Notes: generated from the sequence alone by a model not told the origin. A stretch of DNA of 55,792 nucleotides from Clostridia bacterium (GCA_017531765.1 JAFXKJ010000156.1:1-55792), one strand, 5' to 3'. Shown: positions 20,646 to 29,892, counted from the stretch's first letter. Program-made: numbers and translations.

Positions 20646-22058
20646 TCACTGAAAATACCTGTCAACAGCTTCGTTCACTGCTCTAGGCTCTGCCCTTCCG
20701 CGGGAGAGCTTCATCACCTGACCCACGATCACTTTTTTCGCGGTCAGCTTACCTTTTTTGATTTCCCGCACGGCACTTTCGCATTCCTCCGCCGCCTCTT
20801 CAACAAGTCGCATGATCTCCCACTCATCGCGAAGCATGAACATACCGTGCTTTCCCGCCAGGTCACGGGGAGATTCGCCCGTTTTCCCGCAAAGCTTCAG
20901 AAGCTCCCTTGCCGAAACGATATTCACTTCCCCATCAAGGTACATATGAAGGCACTGAAGAAATGCCTCAACAGAGGGATAAACATCCCCTGACGTCATT
21001 TTAGGGATCACATCCGACACAAACAAATTGGCACCTGCGGGTATATCGGAGGCGGAAAGCTTCACCTTTTCAAAACAGTCCGCAAACATAGGCTCACTGC
21101 ATATCAGCTCAGCCTGCTCTTTTTTCACTCCCGATGCTATCAGCTCCGCTTCAATTTCACATGGCAGTGCGCGCATCTCACCTCTCACCCTCTCCACGTA
21201 TTCTCTGTCAGTCTTAAGGGGCAGGATGTCGGGTTCTCTGATGTATTTATAGTCAGCGGTGGTCTCTTTGTCGCGCATTCTTTCGGACACGCCCTTCGTC
21301 TCACTGAAACGCCGGGTCTCGGTGACTATCTTACCTCCCGAGAGGATAATGTCGGTCTGTCTTTTCAGCTCACTGTCTATAGCTTTGCCGATAAAGCTTA
21401 CCGAGTTGATATTCTTGATCTCGCACCGTCTGCCGAGAGACGTCCCGCCCACGGGACGAACGGACACGTTCACGTCGCATCTCAGCGAGCCTTCGTTCAT
21501 TTTGCAGTCGGAAACCTCGGCAAAAAGGAGAGTTCTGCGAAGCTCATTTACAAAAGCCATTGCCTCCTCCGAGCCTATCATGTCTGGGTAAGTCACGATC
21601 TCCACAAGAGGCACGCCGCATCTGTTGTGATCGATTATCAAGAGGTCTCCGTCGCGCTTCAGCTTACCCGCATCCTCTTCAATGTGAAGACGTTCGATCC
21701 TCACGGTCTTTTCGCCCATTGAGGTCTTTATCTTCACTTCACCGTTTTTGCATATGGGATCGTAAAACTGTGTGATCTGATACCCTTTTGGAAGATCGGG
21801 ATAAAAATAGTGCTTTCTGTCAAAGCGGGAAATCTCGGAGGTCTCACATCCAAGTGCAAGTCCTGCCTTCACCGCCAGCTTTACCGCCTCGGGGTTCACC
21901 ACGGGAAGAGCCCCCGGCATACCGAGACAAACGGGACAGCATTTTGAGTTCATCTCACCGCCGTACTCCGCAGAGCAGGTACAAAAGGCTTTTTCCTTAG
22001 TCTTCAGTTCCACGTGAACTTCAATTCCAACAACGGCTTCGTAGCCTTTGTATATCAT
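20646..22058 (-). CDS. gatB: Asp/Glu-tRNA amidotransferase subunit B
   Basis: GIEVHVEL, CPVCLGMPG, YFYPDLPKGYQITQ, HIEEDAG, EGSLRCDVNVS. Confidence 0.93.
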   Translation of the reverse strand: MIYKGYEAVVGIEVHVELKTKEKAFCTCSAEYGGEMNSKCCPVCLGMPGALPVVNPEAVKLAVKAGLALGCETSEISRFDRKHYFYPDLPKGYQITQFYDPICKNGEVKIKTSMGEKTVRIERLHIEEDAGKLKRDGDLLIIDHNRCGVPLVEIVTYPDMIGSEEAMAFVNELRRTLLFAEVSDCKMNEGSLRCDVNVSVRPVGGTSLGRRCEIKNINSVSFIGKAIDSELKRQTDIILSGGKIVTETRRFSETKGVSERMRDKETTADYKYIREPDILPLKTDREYVERVRGEMRALPCEIEAELIASGVKKEQAELICSEPMFADCFEKVKLSASDIPAGANLFVSDVIPKMTSGDVYPSVEAFLQCLHMYLDGEVNIVSARELLKLCGKTGESPRDLAGKHGMFMLRDEWEIMRLVEEAAEECESAVREIKKGKLTAKKVIVGQVMKLSRGRAEPRAVNEAVDRYFQ

Positions 22059-23431
22059 GTCACGTCCCTCCCTTCCATGATCCGTCCGACTTCGTAGAGC
22101 AGCTTTTCTCCACCGCAGTTTGCCATAAGCTGAACTCCCACGGGAAGTCCGTCTCCGTCACGTCCCAAGGGAATTACAAGCGCAGGGCATCCGCACAGAT
22201 TGGCGTATACCATAAACAGGTCTCCGCTGTAGCCGAGGCTTCCCCTGTCGGGAAGGGCGGTATGGCACACCGGAGTCAGGATCACGTCGTACTCTTCGTA
22301 AAGCGATTCCATCCCAACTCTGATCTTCCGTCTCAGCTCAAGGGCGCGGCGGTAGACTTCACCTCCGTTATGCTCTAAAACGTAGACTCCCTCGGCGATC
22401 CTCTCCCTGAGAGTTTTACCAAATCCCTCCGAACGTGAGTCGATAACCGTACCTCGCTCCGACATACGCCCGTATCTCAGAGCATCAAATCTTGCAAGGT
22501 TCGAATACGTCTCCGCCGAGGAAAGAGTGTAGTATACTCTGACTGCTTCGGCACTTTCGGGAAGCGACACGTTTTCAACATTCCACATCCTGTCTGACAG
22601 CTTTTGGGCGGCACATTTCACTGCACTCCGAACGTCAAGGTCACACTCATCGGGTAAGAAAACGCCTACTCTTAAAGGCTTGTCACCATCAAACTGTTCA
22701 TAACTAATATCCTTCGAGGTCATGTCCCGCAGATCTTTTCCCGTTATCACCCGAAGAAGAAGCTCATTGTCATCAAGGCTTGCGGACATCGGACATATCT
22801 GTTCAAAGGACGGAGCCATACCAACAAGTCCGAATCTTGACACACTACCGTAGGTCGGCTTCATGCCGTACACACCGCAAAACGCCGCGGGAAGGCGCGC
22901 TGAGCCGCCGGTATCACTTCCAAGGGACAGCAAGACACTTCCCGATGCAAGTGACACGGCAGAGCCGGAGGATGAGCCTCCCGTAGCTTTTGTCCTGTCC
23001 AAAGGATTCAGAGAAGTACCGAAGTAAGAGGTATCCCCCTCTCCGCCTACCGCAAACTCGTCCATGTTCGTTTTCCCAACGGGAATCGCCCCTGAGGCGA
23101 GAAGTCTCAGATAAGCCGTCGCGCTGTACGAGGGAATGAAATTCTCGAGAAAGTGGGATGCGCAGGTGGTTTTCACCCCTTCTGTACAAATGTTATCCTT
23201 CACCGAAAAAGGTACGCCTGCCAAGGGTAGATATTCTCCACTTGCTATGCGCTTGTCCACAGCTTCAGCCGCCGAAAGTGCCTCTTTTTCCATCAGGGTT
23301 ATGTATGCCCCCCACGGGTCTTCAGATGCACGCCGAATATAATAGGTCACCGCTTCCGTGGCGGAAATCTCTCCGCTTCGCACCATCTCGGCAAGGCGTT
23401 GTGCCGATATGTTTTTCATATTATTGCTCAT
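22055..23431 (-). CDS. gatA: Amidotransferase subunit A (amidase signature)
   Basis: VKDNI, GKTNMDEFA, GGSSSGSA, GSDTGGSARLPA, NLARFD; overlaps gatB by 4 bp. Confidence 0.9.
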   Translation of the reverse strand: MSNNMKNISAQRLAEMVRSGEISATEAVTYYIRRASEDPWGAYITLMEKEALSAAEAVDKRIASGEYLPLAGVPFSVKDNICTEGVKTTCASHFLENFIPSYSATAYLRLLASGAIPVGKTNMDEFAVGGEGDTSYFGTSLNPLDRTKATGGSSSGSAVSLASGSVLLSLGSDTGGSARLPAAFCGVYGMKPTYGSVSRFGLVGMAPSFEQICPMSASLDDNELLLRVITGKDLRDMTSKDISYEQFDGDKPLRVGVFLPDECDLDVRSAVKCAAQKLSDRMWNVENVSLPESAEAVRVYYTLSSAETYSNLARFDALRYGRMSERGTVIDSRSEGFGKTLRERIAEGVYVLEHNGGEVYRRALELRRKIRVGMESLYEEYDVILTPVCHTALPDRGSLGYSGDLFMVYANLCGCPALVIPLGRDGDGLPVGVQLMANCGGEKLLYEVGRIMEGRDVT

Positions 23432-23744
23432 CGCTTTCCTCCGTACACTCAACAGCTCTGTTCTGCACTATCACAACTCCGCCGTCACCTCTGCGCTTCA
23501 GGCACTCACTTGAAGCAGAAGTGCTTCTCGTAATATCATCGGGTGAGATGGCACAATACCCGAAAGGCTTACCGTCGGCATCTCCCGTCAGATGGAGTCC
23601 CGTCTCAGAGTTTTCCGCACCCTCAAGCACACCCCCAAGTCCAATATCCGAAAAGCCGTTATATTCATCTGCCGAAAGTGTCACGCCACCCCGACGCGCA
23701 CTCAAGGCAGCCGCAGAATATTCAATATACTCTTTAACCATCAA
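23421..23744 (-). CDS. Highly divergent GatC-like protein
   Basis: 107 aa, directly upstream of and overlapping gatA; only the C-terminal GGVVIVQNRAVE resembles the GatC tail; call is mainly positional. Confidence 0.5.
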   Translation of the reverse strand: MMVKEYIEYSAAALSARRGGVTLSADEYNGFSDIGLGGVLEGAENSETGLHLTGDADGKPFGYCAISPDDITRSTSASSECLKRRGDGGVVIVQNRAVECTEESDEQ

Positions 23745-24580
23745 AGCTTCAGCTCCTTTAGCAATTTTATTTCCTCGGCATATCCGTCAAGGTCGCAGGG
23801 AGTTTCAAGATAAAAAGGTATTTCCTTCAACCACGGATGATTTATAAGATATGCCATAACTTCAAGGGGTACCTTCCCCTCTCCAAGTCTCTCGTGACGG
23901 TCCTTCGAAGAGCCCATTTCGTTTTTGCTGTCGTTCATGTGAACTGCCTTCAGATATTTCCTGCCCACAACCTTGTCGAACTCCATGAGAACAGCTTCAG
24001 GGTCACTTGCCAAAGGGTAACCTCCGTCGTGAACATGGCACGTATCAAGGCAAACTCCCACGTGCTCTCTCAGCGTGGGGGTCAGCTTATCTATCACAGC
24101 GGCAAGCTCCTCGAAGTTCCTGCCAAGCTCAGTCCCCTTACCTGACATGGTCTCAAGAAGCACCGTGGTCCCCATCCCTTCCCACATTATTTCGCAAAGC
24201 ATATCGGAGATGTGATCAATTCCCACAGCGACACCTTGTCCCACGTGACATCCGGGGTGGAAATTGTACATCGCCCCCGGAATCGACTCAAGAAAACGCA
24301 GCTCTTCGCCCATAGCTCTCTTTGTGTACTCCCTGATCTCGACATCCTTGGAGCATGGATTATAGGTGTACGGCGCATGGGCAAGGGGAGCCTTCATACC
24401 GTTTTCCTTAAGTATCATACAAAAAGAGTTAACGTCATCGGGACTTGGGAGATTTCCGCTTGAACGCCCTCTCGGATTTTTCGTGAAAAACTGAAAAGTA
24501 TTGGCACCGATAGCCAGTGCCCTGCTGCCCATTGCCGCATATCCTTCCGCAACCGACAGATGACAACCTATATAAAACAT
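23741..24580 (-). CDS. nfo: Endonuclease IV (AP endonuclease)
   Basis: IGCHLS, FFTKNPR, HAPY, FHPG, LETMSGKG, DTCH, HMNDS, DRH, ETP. Confidence 0.95.
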   Translation of the reverse strand: MFYIGCHLSVAEGYAAMGSRALAIGANTFQFFTKNPRGRSSGNLPSPDDVNSFCMILKENGMKAPLAHAPYTYNPCSKDVEIREYTKRAMGEELRFLESIPGAMYNFHPGCHVGQGVAVGIDHISDMLCEIMWEGMGTTVLLETMSGKGTELGRNFEELAAVIDKLTPTLREHVGVCLDTCHVHDGGYPLASDPEAVLMEFDKVVGRKYLKAVHMNDSKNEMGSSKDRHERLGEGKVPLEVMAYLINHPWLKEIPFYLETPCDLDGYAEEIKLLKELKL

Positions 24581-24695
24581 CTCATGAACCTCCATAGATA
24601 ATGTCTTCTTTACCCTTTTCCGAAGAAATAATAGCAAAATCTGCGATTTTTCATATCATATCGGGAATCTTTACCGTGTAGTCATACTTTTATAT

Positions 24696-24724
24696 TTGAC
24701 AAAACGAGTTATTAGTGGTAGAAT
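24696..24724 (+). promoter_or_regulatory. Sigma-A promoter
   Basis: TTGACA-17bp-TAGAAT with TG extension. Confidence 0.7.
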
Positions 24725-24844
24725 GTATGTATATACTTATTATATCAAATCTCAAACGATAAAGCAACCCATTCGGCGCGGAAGTTGCCGCAAGGTAAAT
24801 TCAGTCTTCCGTGTCAGGAAGCTACGTCTTCAAATATCAGAGAA

Positions 24845-25765
24845 ATGAAAAATAAAAAATCTCATATATTTTCTCTTAAATGGATCGTAAACAGAATCAA
24901 AGCAGGGTTTGCCGTCATAGATGAGGATCGTGTTACCGTATACGCAGCACAGGCTTCGTTCTTTATAGTTATTGCCGCAATTCCGTTCATCATGCTGCTT
25001 TTCAGTGTTTCGAGATACATTATTCCCGAAAGATTTTACGATATAATGATCGCTTTCGGAAATAATATTCCCGGCGGAATCCGAGAGCTTTATATGTCGA
25101 TTATAGACGAAATGATGGCGCGTCCCGAAATGCAGCTTATCTCGATAACTGCGGTGATCACGTTCTGGACGGTCTCAAGAGGCATGGCATCCGTAAAAGA
25201 CGGAGTTGCCACCGTTTATAAATCCCCCGCCCCGAAATCCTTTATCCGCGGCGTTCTCAGCTCCTTCGCGTACACGGCAGTGTTTATCGTTCTCATTATT
25301 GCCGCAATTGCCATACTGCTTTTCGGAGAACAGCTGAATTCAACTTTACTCGAGCACTTTGAAATTTTCAAAAGCTTCAGAAGCGTGTTCGAATACAGAA
25401 ACGTAATTTTCTACGTGATCTTAGCTCTCTTTTTCACTCTCCTCTATTACTCGGTGGGCAGACGCAGCACCCTACCCGGTAAGCATTTTTTCAGCCATGT
25501 TCCCGGAGCGCTTGTAGCATCTGCAGGTTGGCTTCTCTTCTCGTATTTCTACTCCCTCTATACAATATATTTCACTGACGTATCATATATCTACGGAAGC
25601 CTTACGGCGATCGTACTTCTTCTCTTCTGGCTGTACTGCTGTATGATAATCATGCTTTGCGGCGCGGAATTCAATAAGCTTTGGGCAATGTTCGGCAGAC
25701 ATATCACAAGAAAGATCAAAATACGCCGAGAGATCAAGAAATCAAACGCTCAAGTTAAATATTAA
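24845..25765 (+). CDS. YihY/virulence factor BrkB family membrane protein
   Basis: AAQASFFIVIAAIPF, PGALVAS, YIYGSL..LLFWLY, GAEFN; multiple TMs. Confidence 0.88.
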   Translation: MKNKKSHIFSLKWIVNRIKAGFAVIDEDRVTVYAAQASFFIVIAAIPFIMLLFSVSRYIIPERFYDIMIAFGNNIPGGIRELYMSIIDEMMARPEMQLISITAVITFWTVSRGMASVKDGVATVYKSPAPKSFIRGVLSSFAYTAVFIVLIIAAIAILLFGEQLNSTLLEHFEIFKSFRSVFEYRNVIFYVILALFFTLLYYSVGRRSTLPGKHFFSHVPGALVASAGWLLFSYFYSLYTIYFTDVSYIYGSLTAIVLLLFWLYCCMIIMLCGAEFNKLWAMFGRHITRKIKIRREIKKSNAQVKY

Positions 25766-25769
25766 ACTT

Positions 25770-25810
25770 AAAAAGCAGGTTTTTCCACAGTGTGGTTTAG
25801 CCTGCTTTTT
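25770..25810 (+). terminator. Intrinsic terminator
   Basis: AAAAAGCAGG...CCTGCTTTTT. Confidence 0.7.
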
Positions 25811-25998
25811 GTGTTTGGCCGGCACATTTTACGGATATTTTCGCCTTTTATGTTGTAAAAATCGAAAAATCTCGTTTTTTTTCAATTTTTTTTAGAAAAA
25901 AGCGGGACAAGCCTGATTTTTATGATATAATAGTGTGAGAGAGTATGGGAATTCCTCAATTATAACCTTGCCGTATCTCGGCAGAACGGAGAATCATT

Positions 25999-27381
25999 AT
26001 GACTTTTATAAATGAAGCACCGAAGCAGGTGCCCGTAATTCACGAAGCTGACATTTGTGTTATCGGCGGTTCGGCAACAGGAGTTTTTGCCGCTGTAAGA
26101 GCTGCAAGACTTGGTGCTAAGGTAGTGATCGTAGAATGTCAGAACAGTTTCGGAGGCGTTGCATCCAACGGTCTTGTAGGTTTATGGCATACATTTTTAT
26201 CAACAGACTTTAAGACACAGGTTATCTCAGGTCTTACAGAAGAAACCTTAAGCCGCTTTGACGAGGTCGACCATACAATACACGGTGCGGATGATGCAAA
26301 GTCTCACGTATTCAATCCCGTTGAACTGAAGTGCGAGCTTGACTGTATGCTTCAGGAGTGCGGCGTTAAGATCTACCTTCATACTTACTATGCGGGTATT
26401 GCTACAGACGGCAGGGATATTAAGGCAATTTTCGTTGAAAACAAGGACGGAAGAGGCGCTATCAAGGCTAAGTTCTTCATTGACGCTACAGGTGACGGCG
26501 ACCTTTGTCGTGACCTTAAGATCGCAAGATTTGAAAACGATCACATACAGCCTCCCACATACGTATTCCTCCACCAGGGAGACGACCAGATCATCGTTGA
26601 CAGATGTCAGATCGTAGGAAGCGATCCCATCACTCACCTTCTCAACGAGCACTGCGAGGAGTTCGACATTGAGCGCGACTGGGGTTGGGCTGTAAAGATT
26701 CCCGGTCTCAATAAAATGAAGATGAGAGCAAATACTCACGTGTTCAACGTAAACTGCGCCAAGGCTGACGACCTTACGTACGCTGAGCTGAAGGGACGCG
26801 AGAAGATGCGCAAGATAAACAAGCTTCTCAGAAAGTACGGCGACCCGAACGAGACTTACTCCATCGTGTCCGATTGCTCTTACATCGGCATCAGAGACAC
26901 TTATCACTACAAGACAAAGTATCAAGCTAACTCCCTTGATCTTCTCATGGGTAAAAACTACGACGACTGTATCCTCCGCGGTACATACAACGTAGACGCT
27001 CACCATGACAAGGAGGGTATCAAGTTCCTCAGACTTGACGGTACATATTCCGTTGAGGATTCCTACGGCAACATCCGTGAGGGTAACTGGAGAGCCGAGC
27101 AGGGACTTCCCACAGACGGACCCATGCCCACGTTCTATCAGCTTCCCTTCAAGGCTATCGTTCAGGAGGATTACAACAATCTTATCGCCGCAGGCCGTAT
27201 GATCAATGCAGACGCATCTGCATTCGGCGCGCTCAGAGTCATGGTAAACCTCAACCAGATCGGTGAGGCTGCAGGAGTTGCGGCATACCTTGCTATTCAT
27301 CAGAACAAGGCAATTCAGGACGTATGCGGTGTTGAGGTTGCAAAGACCATGTCCGCAGGCGGTAGCGCAAACCTTGGTTGA
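25999..27381 (+). CDS. FAD-dependent oxidoreductase (FAD_oxidored family)
   Basis: DICVIGG..GVFAAVRAARLG..VE, FIDATGDGD, NLIAAGR, GEAAG. Confidence 0.88.
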   Translation: MTFINEAPKQVPVIHEADICVIGGSATGVFAAVRAARLGAKVVIVECQNSFGGVASNGLVGLWHTFLSTDFKTQVISGLTEETLSRFDEVDHTIHGADDAKSHVFNPVELKCELDCMLQECGVKIYLHTYYAGIATDGRDIKAIFVENKDGRGAIKAKFFIDATGDGDLCRDLKIARFENDHIQPPTYVFLHQGDDQIIVDRCQIVGSDPITHLLNEHCEEFDIERDWGWAVKIPGLNKMKMRANTHVFNVNCAKADDLTYAELKGREKMRKINKLLRKYGDPNETYSIVSDCSYIGIRDTYHYKTKYQANSLDLLMGKNYDDCILRGTYNVDAHHDKEGIKFLRLDGTYSVEDSYGNIREGNWRAEQGLPTDGPMPTFYQLPFKAIVQEDYNNLIAAGRMINADASAFGALRVMVNLNQIGEAAGVAAYLAIHQNKAIQDVCGVEVAKTMSAGGSANLG

Positions 27382-27414
27382 TCTTTCCCAAAAAGCAAAA
27401 AATATAAGTATAGC

Positions 27415-27451
27415 TTCCGCAAACCGATAAAGTCGGTTTGCGGAATTTTTT
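27415..27451 (+). terminator. Intrinsic terminator
   Basis: TTCCGCAAACCGA-TAAAG-TCGGTTTGCGGAA-TTTTTT. Confidence 0.85.
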
Positions 27452-27511
27452 ATAAAACAACAAATTATGACGGAAATATTTATAAAACTGTTTTTTTTTT
27501 TGGGAATTCCA

Positions 27512-27540
27512 TTGACAACACTATAATATTTTGTTAAAAT
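27512..27540 (+). promoter_or_regulatory. Sigma-A promoter of the small membrane protein/lgt pair
   Basis: TTGACA-17bp-TAAAAT with TG extension. Confidence 0.7.
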
Positions 27541-27590
27541 ACAGAAGGAACATAATTCCAAAAAAGCAATATTACGAAAGGAGTTTTATC

Positions 27591-27896
27591 ATGGGTAAGA
27601 ACCAAGCAATCGCCGGTTTTGTCATGAGCATCGTTGGTATTGTATTTGCTATCCTCTCCGGTTGGCTCTCAATTATCGCGCTTCCCATTTCAATCGTAGG
27701 TCTTGTTCTCGCTGTTATCGGTGGCAAGAAGCTTCGTGCAGCAGGTCAGCCTTCCGGTCTCGCTACAGCAGGTCTCGTACTCGGCATCATCGCCGTAGTA
27801 TTCTCTGCTATCGCATTCTTCACTTGCGGTATCTGCATTATCTGTGCAGCAAGCAGTACAGCAGCAGCTGAATCTGCTATAAGCTCTCTGTTTTAA
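27591..27896 (+). CDS. Small 3-TM membrane protein, DUF4190-like, with C-terminal CxxCxxC
   Basis: AIAGFVMSIVG...GLATAGLVLGII...FFTCGICIICAA; GAAAGGAG SD before ATG 27591. Confidence 0.75.
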   Translation: MGKNQAIAGFVMSIVGIVFAILSGWLSIIALPISIVGLVLAVIGGKKLRAAGQPSGLATAGLVLGIIAVVFSAIAFFTCGICIICAASSTAAAESAISSLF

Positions 27897-27967
27897 TTAA
27901 CAGAACAACCTGGGGCTGTTACACAATATAAGTGTGACAGCCCAACATGATTTATTAAGAGATATTT

Positions 27968-28723
27968 ATGCCATTTATAAACATTTTTTCAAAACAGATC
28001 CCTCTATACGGAGTGATGTTCTATATTGGAATTGCCATGGCAGCCATCGTCGCTGTTAGTATATGTAAAAAGCGCGGTTTACCCGCATTTGAAATTGTAT
28101 ATTCAGCAGTTTACGTTATGATCGGTGCTCTGTTTGGTTCAAAGCTTTTGTTTATCATCGTATCTTGGGATGAAATAATAAAGTATGATCTTTCGTTGAT
28201 ACAAGTTATCAAAGGAGGGTTTGTCTTTTACGGTGGGCTTATCGGCGGAGCATTGGGTCTGATAATTTATACACGTCAGTTCGCAATGAAGCTGATTGAT
28301 TTTGTTGACGTATACGCGACCGTTTTACCTCTCGGACACGCTTGCGGAAGAGTAGGTTGTTTCTTTGCTGGGTGCTGTTACGGAATGGAGTACGATGGAT
28401 TTCTGTCGCACACATATACCGCCTCTGCAGGTCTAACCCCTCTCGGTATTCCGCTTTTTCCCATACAACTTATAGAAGCTGTCTGCTTACTTGTACTGTT
28501 CGCCATACTATTGGCTGTATATTTCAAGTCAAAAAAGTTTGGATTCGTAAGCAAGGTCTATCTTGTATCATATTCGATATTACGTTTTGTCCTTGAATTT
28601 TTCAGGGGCGACGCCGAACGAGGTAAGCTATTTCTTCTGTCAACATCACAGTGGGTAAGTATATTACTTGTCATTTTAGTTATCACTTTAACTGCCGCAA
28701 AAAAGCTCAAAGAAAAGGAATAA
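27968..28723 (+). CDS. lgt: Prolipoprotein diacylglyceryl transferase (Lgt) family protein, Cys-rich variant
   Basis: LYG, GGFVFYGGLIGG, GRVGCFFAGCCYG, FPIQLIE, RFVLEFFRGD, STSQW. Confidence 0.8.
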   Translation: MPFINIFSKQIPLYGVMFYIGIAMAAIVAVSICKKRGLPAFEIVYSAVYVMIGALFGSKLLFIIVSWDEIIKYDLSLIQVIKGGFVFYGGLIGGALGLIIYTRQFAMKLIDFVDVYATVLPLGHACGRVGCFFAGCCYGMEYDGFLSHTYTASAGLTPLGIPLFPIQLIEAVCLLVLFAILLAVYFKSKKFGFVSKVYLVSYSILRFVLEFFRGDAERGKLFLLSTSQWVSILLVILVITLTAAKKLKEKE

Positions 28724-28742
28724 GAAAGCTTTTTCACAAGCC

Positions 28743-28826
28743 TTGGTTAAGTTGATAAAAGAGGCAGACTCCCCAACGGAGGCTCAAACCGAAATTCAGC
28801 CATCACTTTTCAGTGGTGGCTTTTTT
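28743..28826 (+). ncRNA. Candidate structured small RNA unit followed by an intrinsic terminator
   Basis: Possible pairings TTGGTT/AACCGA, CTCC/GGAG and GTTG/CAAC (pseudoknot); then AGCCATCACT-TTTC-AGTGGTGGCT-T run. Confidence 0.35.
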
Positions 28827-28879
28827 CATACGTATAAAGCAAATCCCCCCACATGGGGGGGGGAGGAGGCAGAAAAAGT

Positions 28880-29698
28880 TCATCCTATGAGAAACTGAGA
28901 AACGGTGTAATTCTTTTTATTGAGTATATACATTGCCGACAGTACCATGTAAGGGACAATACCGCAATGACCGCAGATCAAGTATCCTCTGTCTTCAGTT
29001 CGATTGTCTGCAACAAATTCAATGATACGGTTTTCGGTAAATAAAAGTAAAAGCTCATTCAAACGGGATAATTCAATATCAGCTTTTTCGATCAGTGTTT
29101 GTTTCGGTGTGGGACTGTCACTCCCTAGAGCAAGAATCAGCTTTTGTCCGTCTTCACTGCAAAGTTCCTGCATTACTTCCGTCGTATTTGAGTCGAAGGC
29201 ATAGAGTTGCTTGATAAGTGATGATTTAATAACACAAGCCACACCCACATCATCCCAAATTTTCGTTCCATATGAACCTATAATTCTGAGATTCCCTTGA
29301 TTCTTGCTTTCCTCTTGCAATTTTCTGTTACCGACCTCAGCAAAAAATATCCCCTTCCACATTTGCCAAAGATCTTCTCCGAGCTCTTTCCTGAGATTAC
29401 TGCTATAACGGTCGCAGTTTGCCATTGACCAAACAAATTCTGTCGCAAGCTGTTCTATTTTACTTGCCACAGCATCAAGATCACCGCTTGATTCGGTTTC
29501 GAGAAGAACATCTGCGGAAATTTTGTAAACGTCGCTAATCGCCTTCAGATTAAAGCAATCGGGCAAACAATCTCCGCTTTCCCATTTTGAGATAGCCTGT
29601 GCAGAAACACCTACTTTTTCTGCAACCTCTTCCTGCGTCATACCAAGCTTCTTTCTATGATTTCGAAGCTTTTCACCAAATATCTTTTGATCTAACAT
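28880..29698 (-). CDS. XRE-family HTH regulator with unknown C-terminal domain
   Basis: FGEKLRNHRK..TQEEVA..VSAQAISKWESGDCLPD; GGAGG SD. Confidence 0.85.
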   Translation of the reverse strand: MLDQKIFGEKLRNHRKKLGMTQEEVAEKVGVSAQAISKWESGDCLPDCFNLKAISDVYKISADVLLETESSGDLDAVASKIEQLATEFVWSMANCDRYSSNLRKELGEDLWQMWKGIFFAEVGNRKLQEESKNQGNLRIIGSYGTKIWDDVGVACVIKSSLIKQLYAFDSNTTEVMQELCSEDGQKLILALGSDSPTPKQTLIEKADIELSRLNELLLLFTENRIIEFVADNRTEDRGYLICGHCGIVPYMVLSAMYILNKKNYTVSQFLIG

Positions 29699-29801
29699 AT
29701 ATATCCTCCAAGATTTTTTCGAGATAGCTATCTTGTGAGTATATTATATCACGCGAGAAATCAACTTACAATAGTAAGAATGTTGAGTTTTATTATATGA
29801 A

Positions 29802-29818
29802 TTCAACTTCAGGTTGAA
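29802..29818. promoter_or_regulatory. Palindromic operator, XRE box copy 3
   Basis: TTCAACT-TCA-GGTTGAA, 30 bp upstream of minus-strand TTGTAA(29771-66)-17-TATAAT(29748-43). Confidence 0.6.
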
Positions 29819-29892
29819 CATTTGATGCTTTGGTTTCTTTGTTACAGTACGAAGGATTTGTGCTCTGCCATTGTACGCTTCAAACCTACGCA

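Noticed and set aside
24760-24840. GC-rich leader of the yihY-like gene as a riboswitch or SRP RNA
   Set aside because: Only short stems; no recognisable aptamer or SRP consensus and no terminator
26248-27561. 437-aa antisense ORF over the FAD oxidoreductase
   Set aside because: Shadow frame of a codon-biased gene; no SD or motifs
28735-28800. Twister or pistol ribozyme (AAGC, GATAAAA elements)
   Set aside because: Required pseudoknot partners and cleavage-site context could not be assembled
28845-28863. C6/G9 tract as a phase-variation site
   Set aside because: Intergenic between convergent genes; explained as a CCCCCC-ACAT-GGGGGG terminator hairpin for the XRE gene
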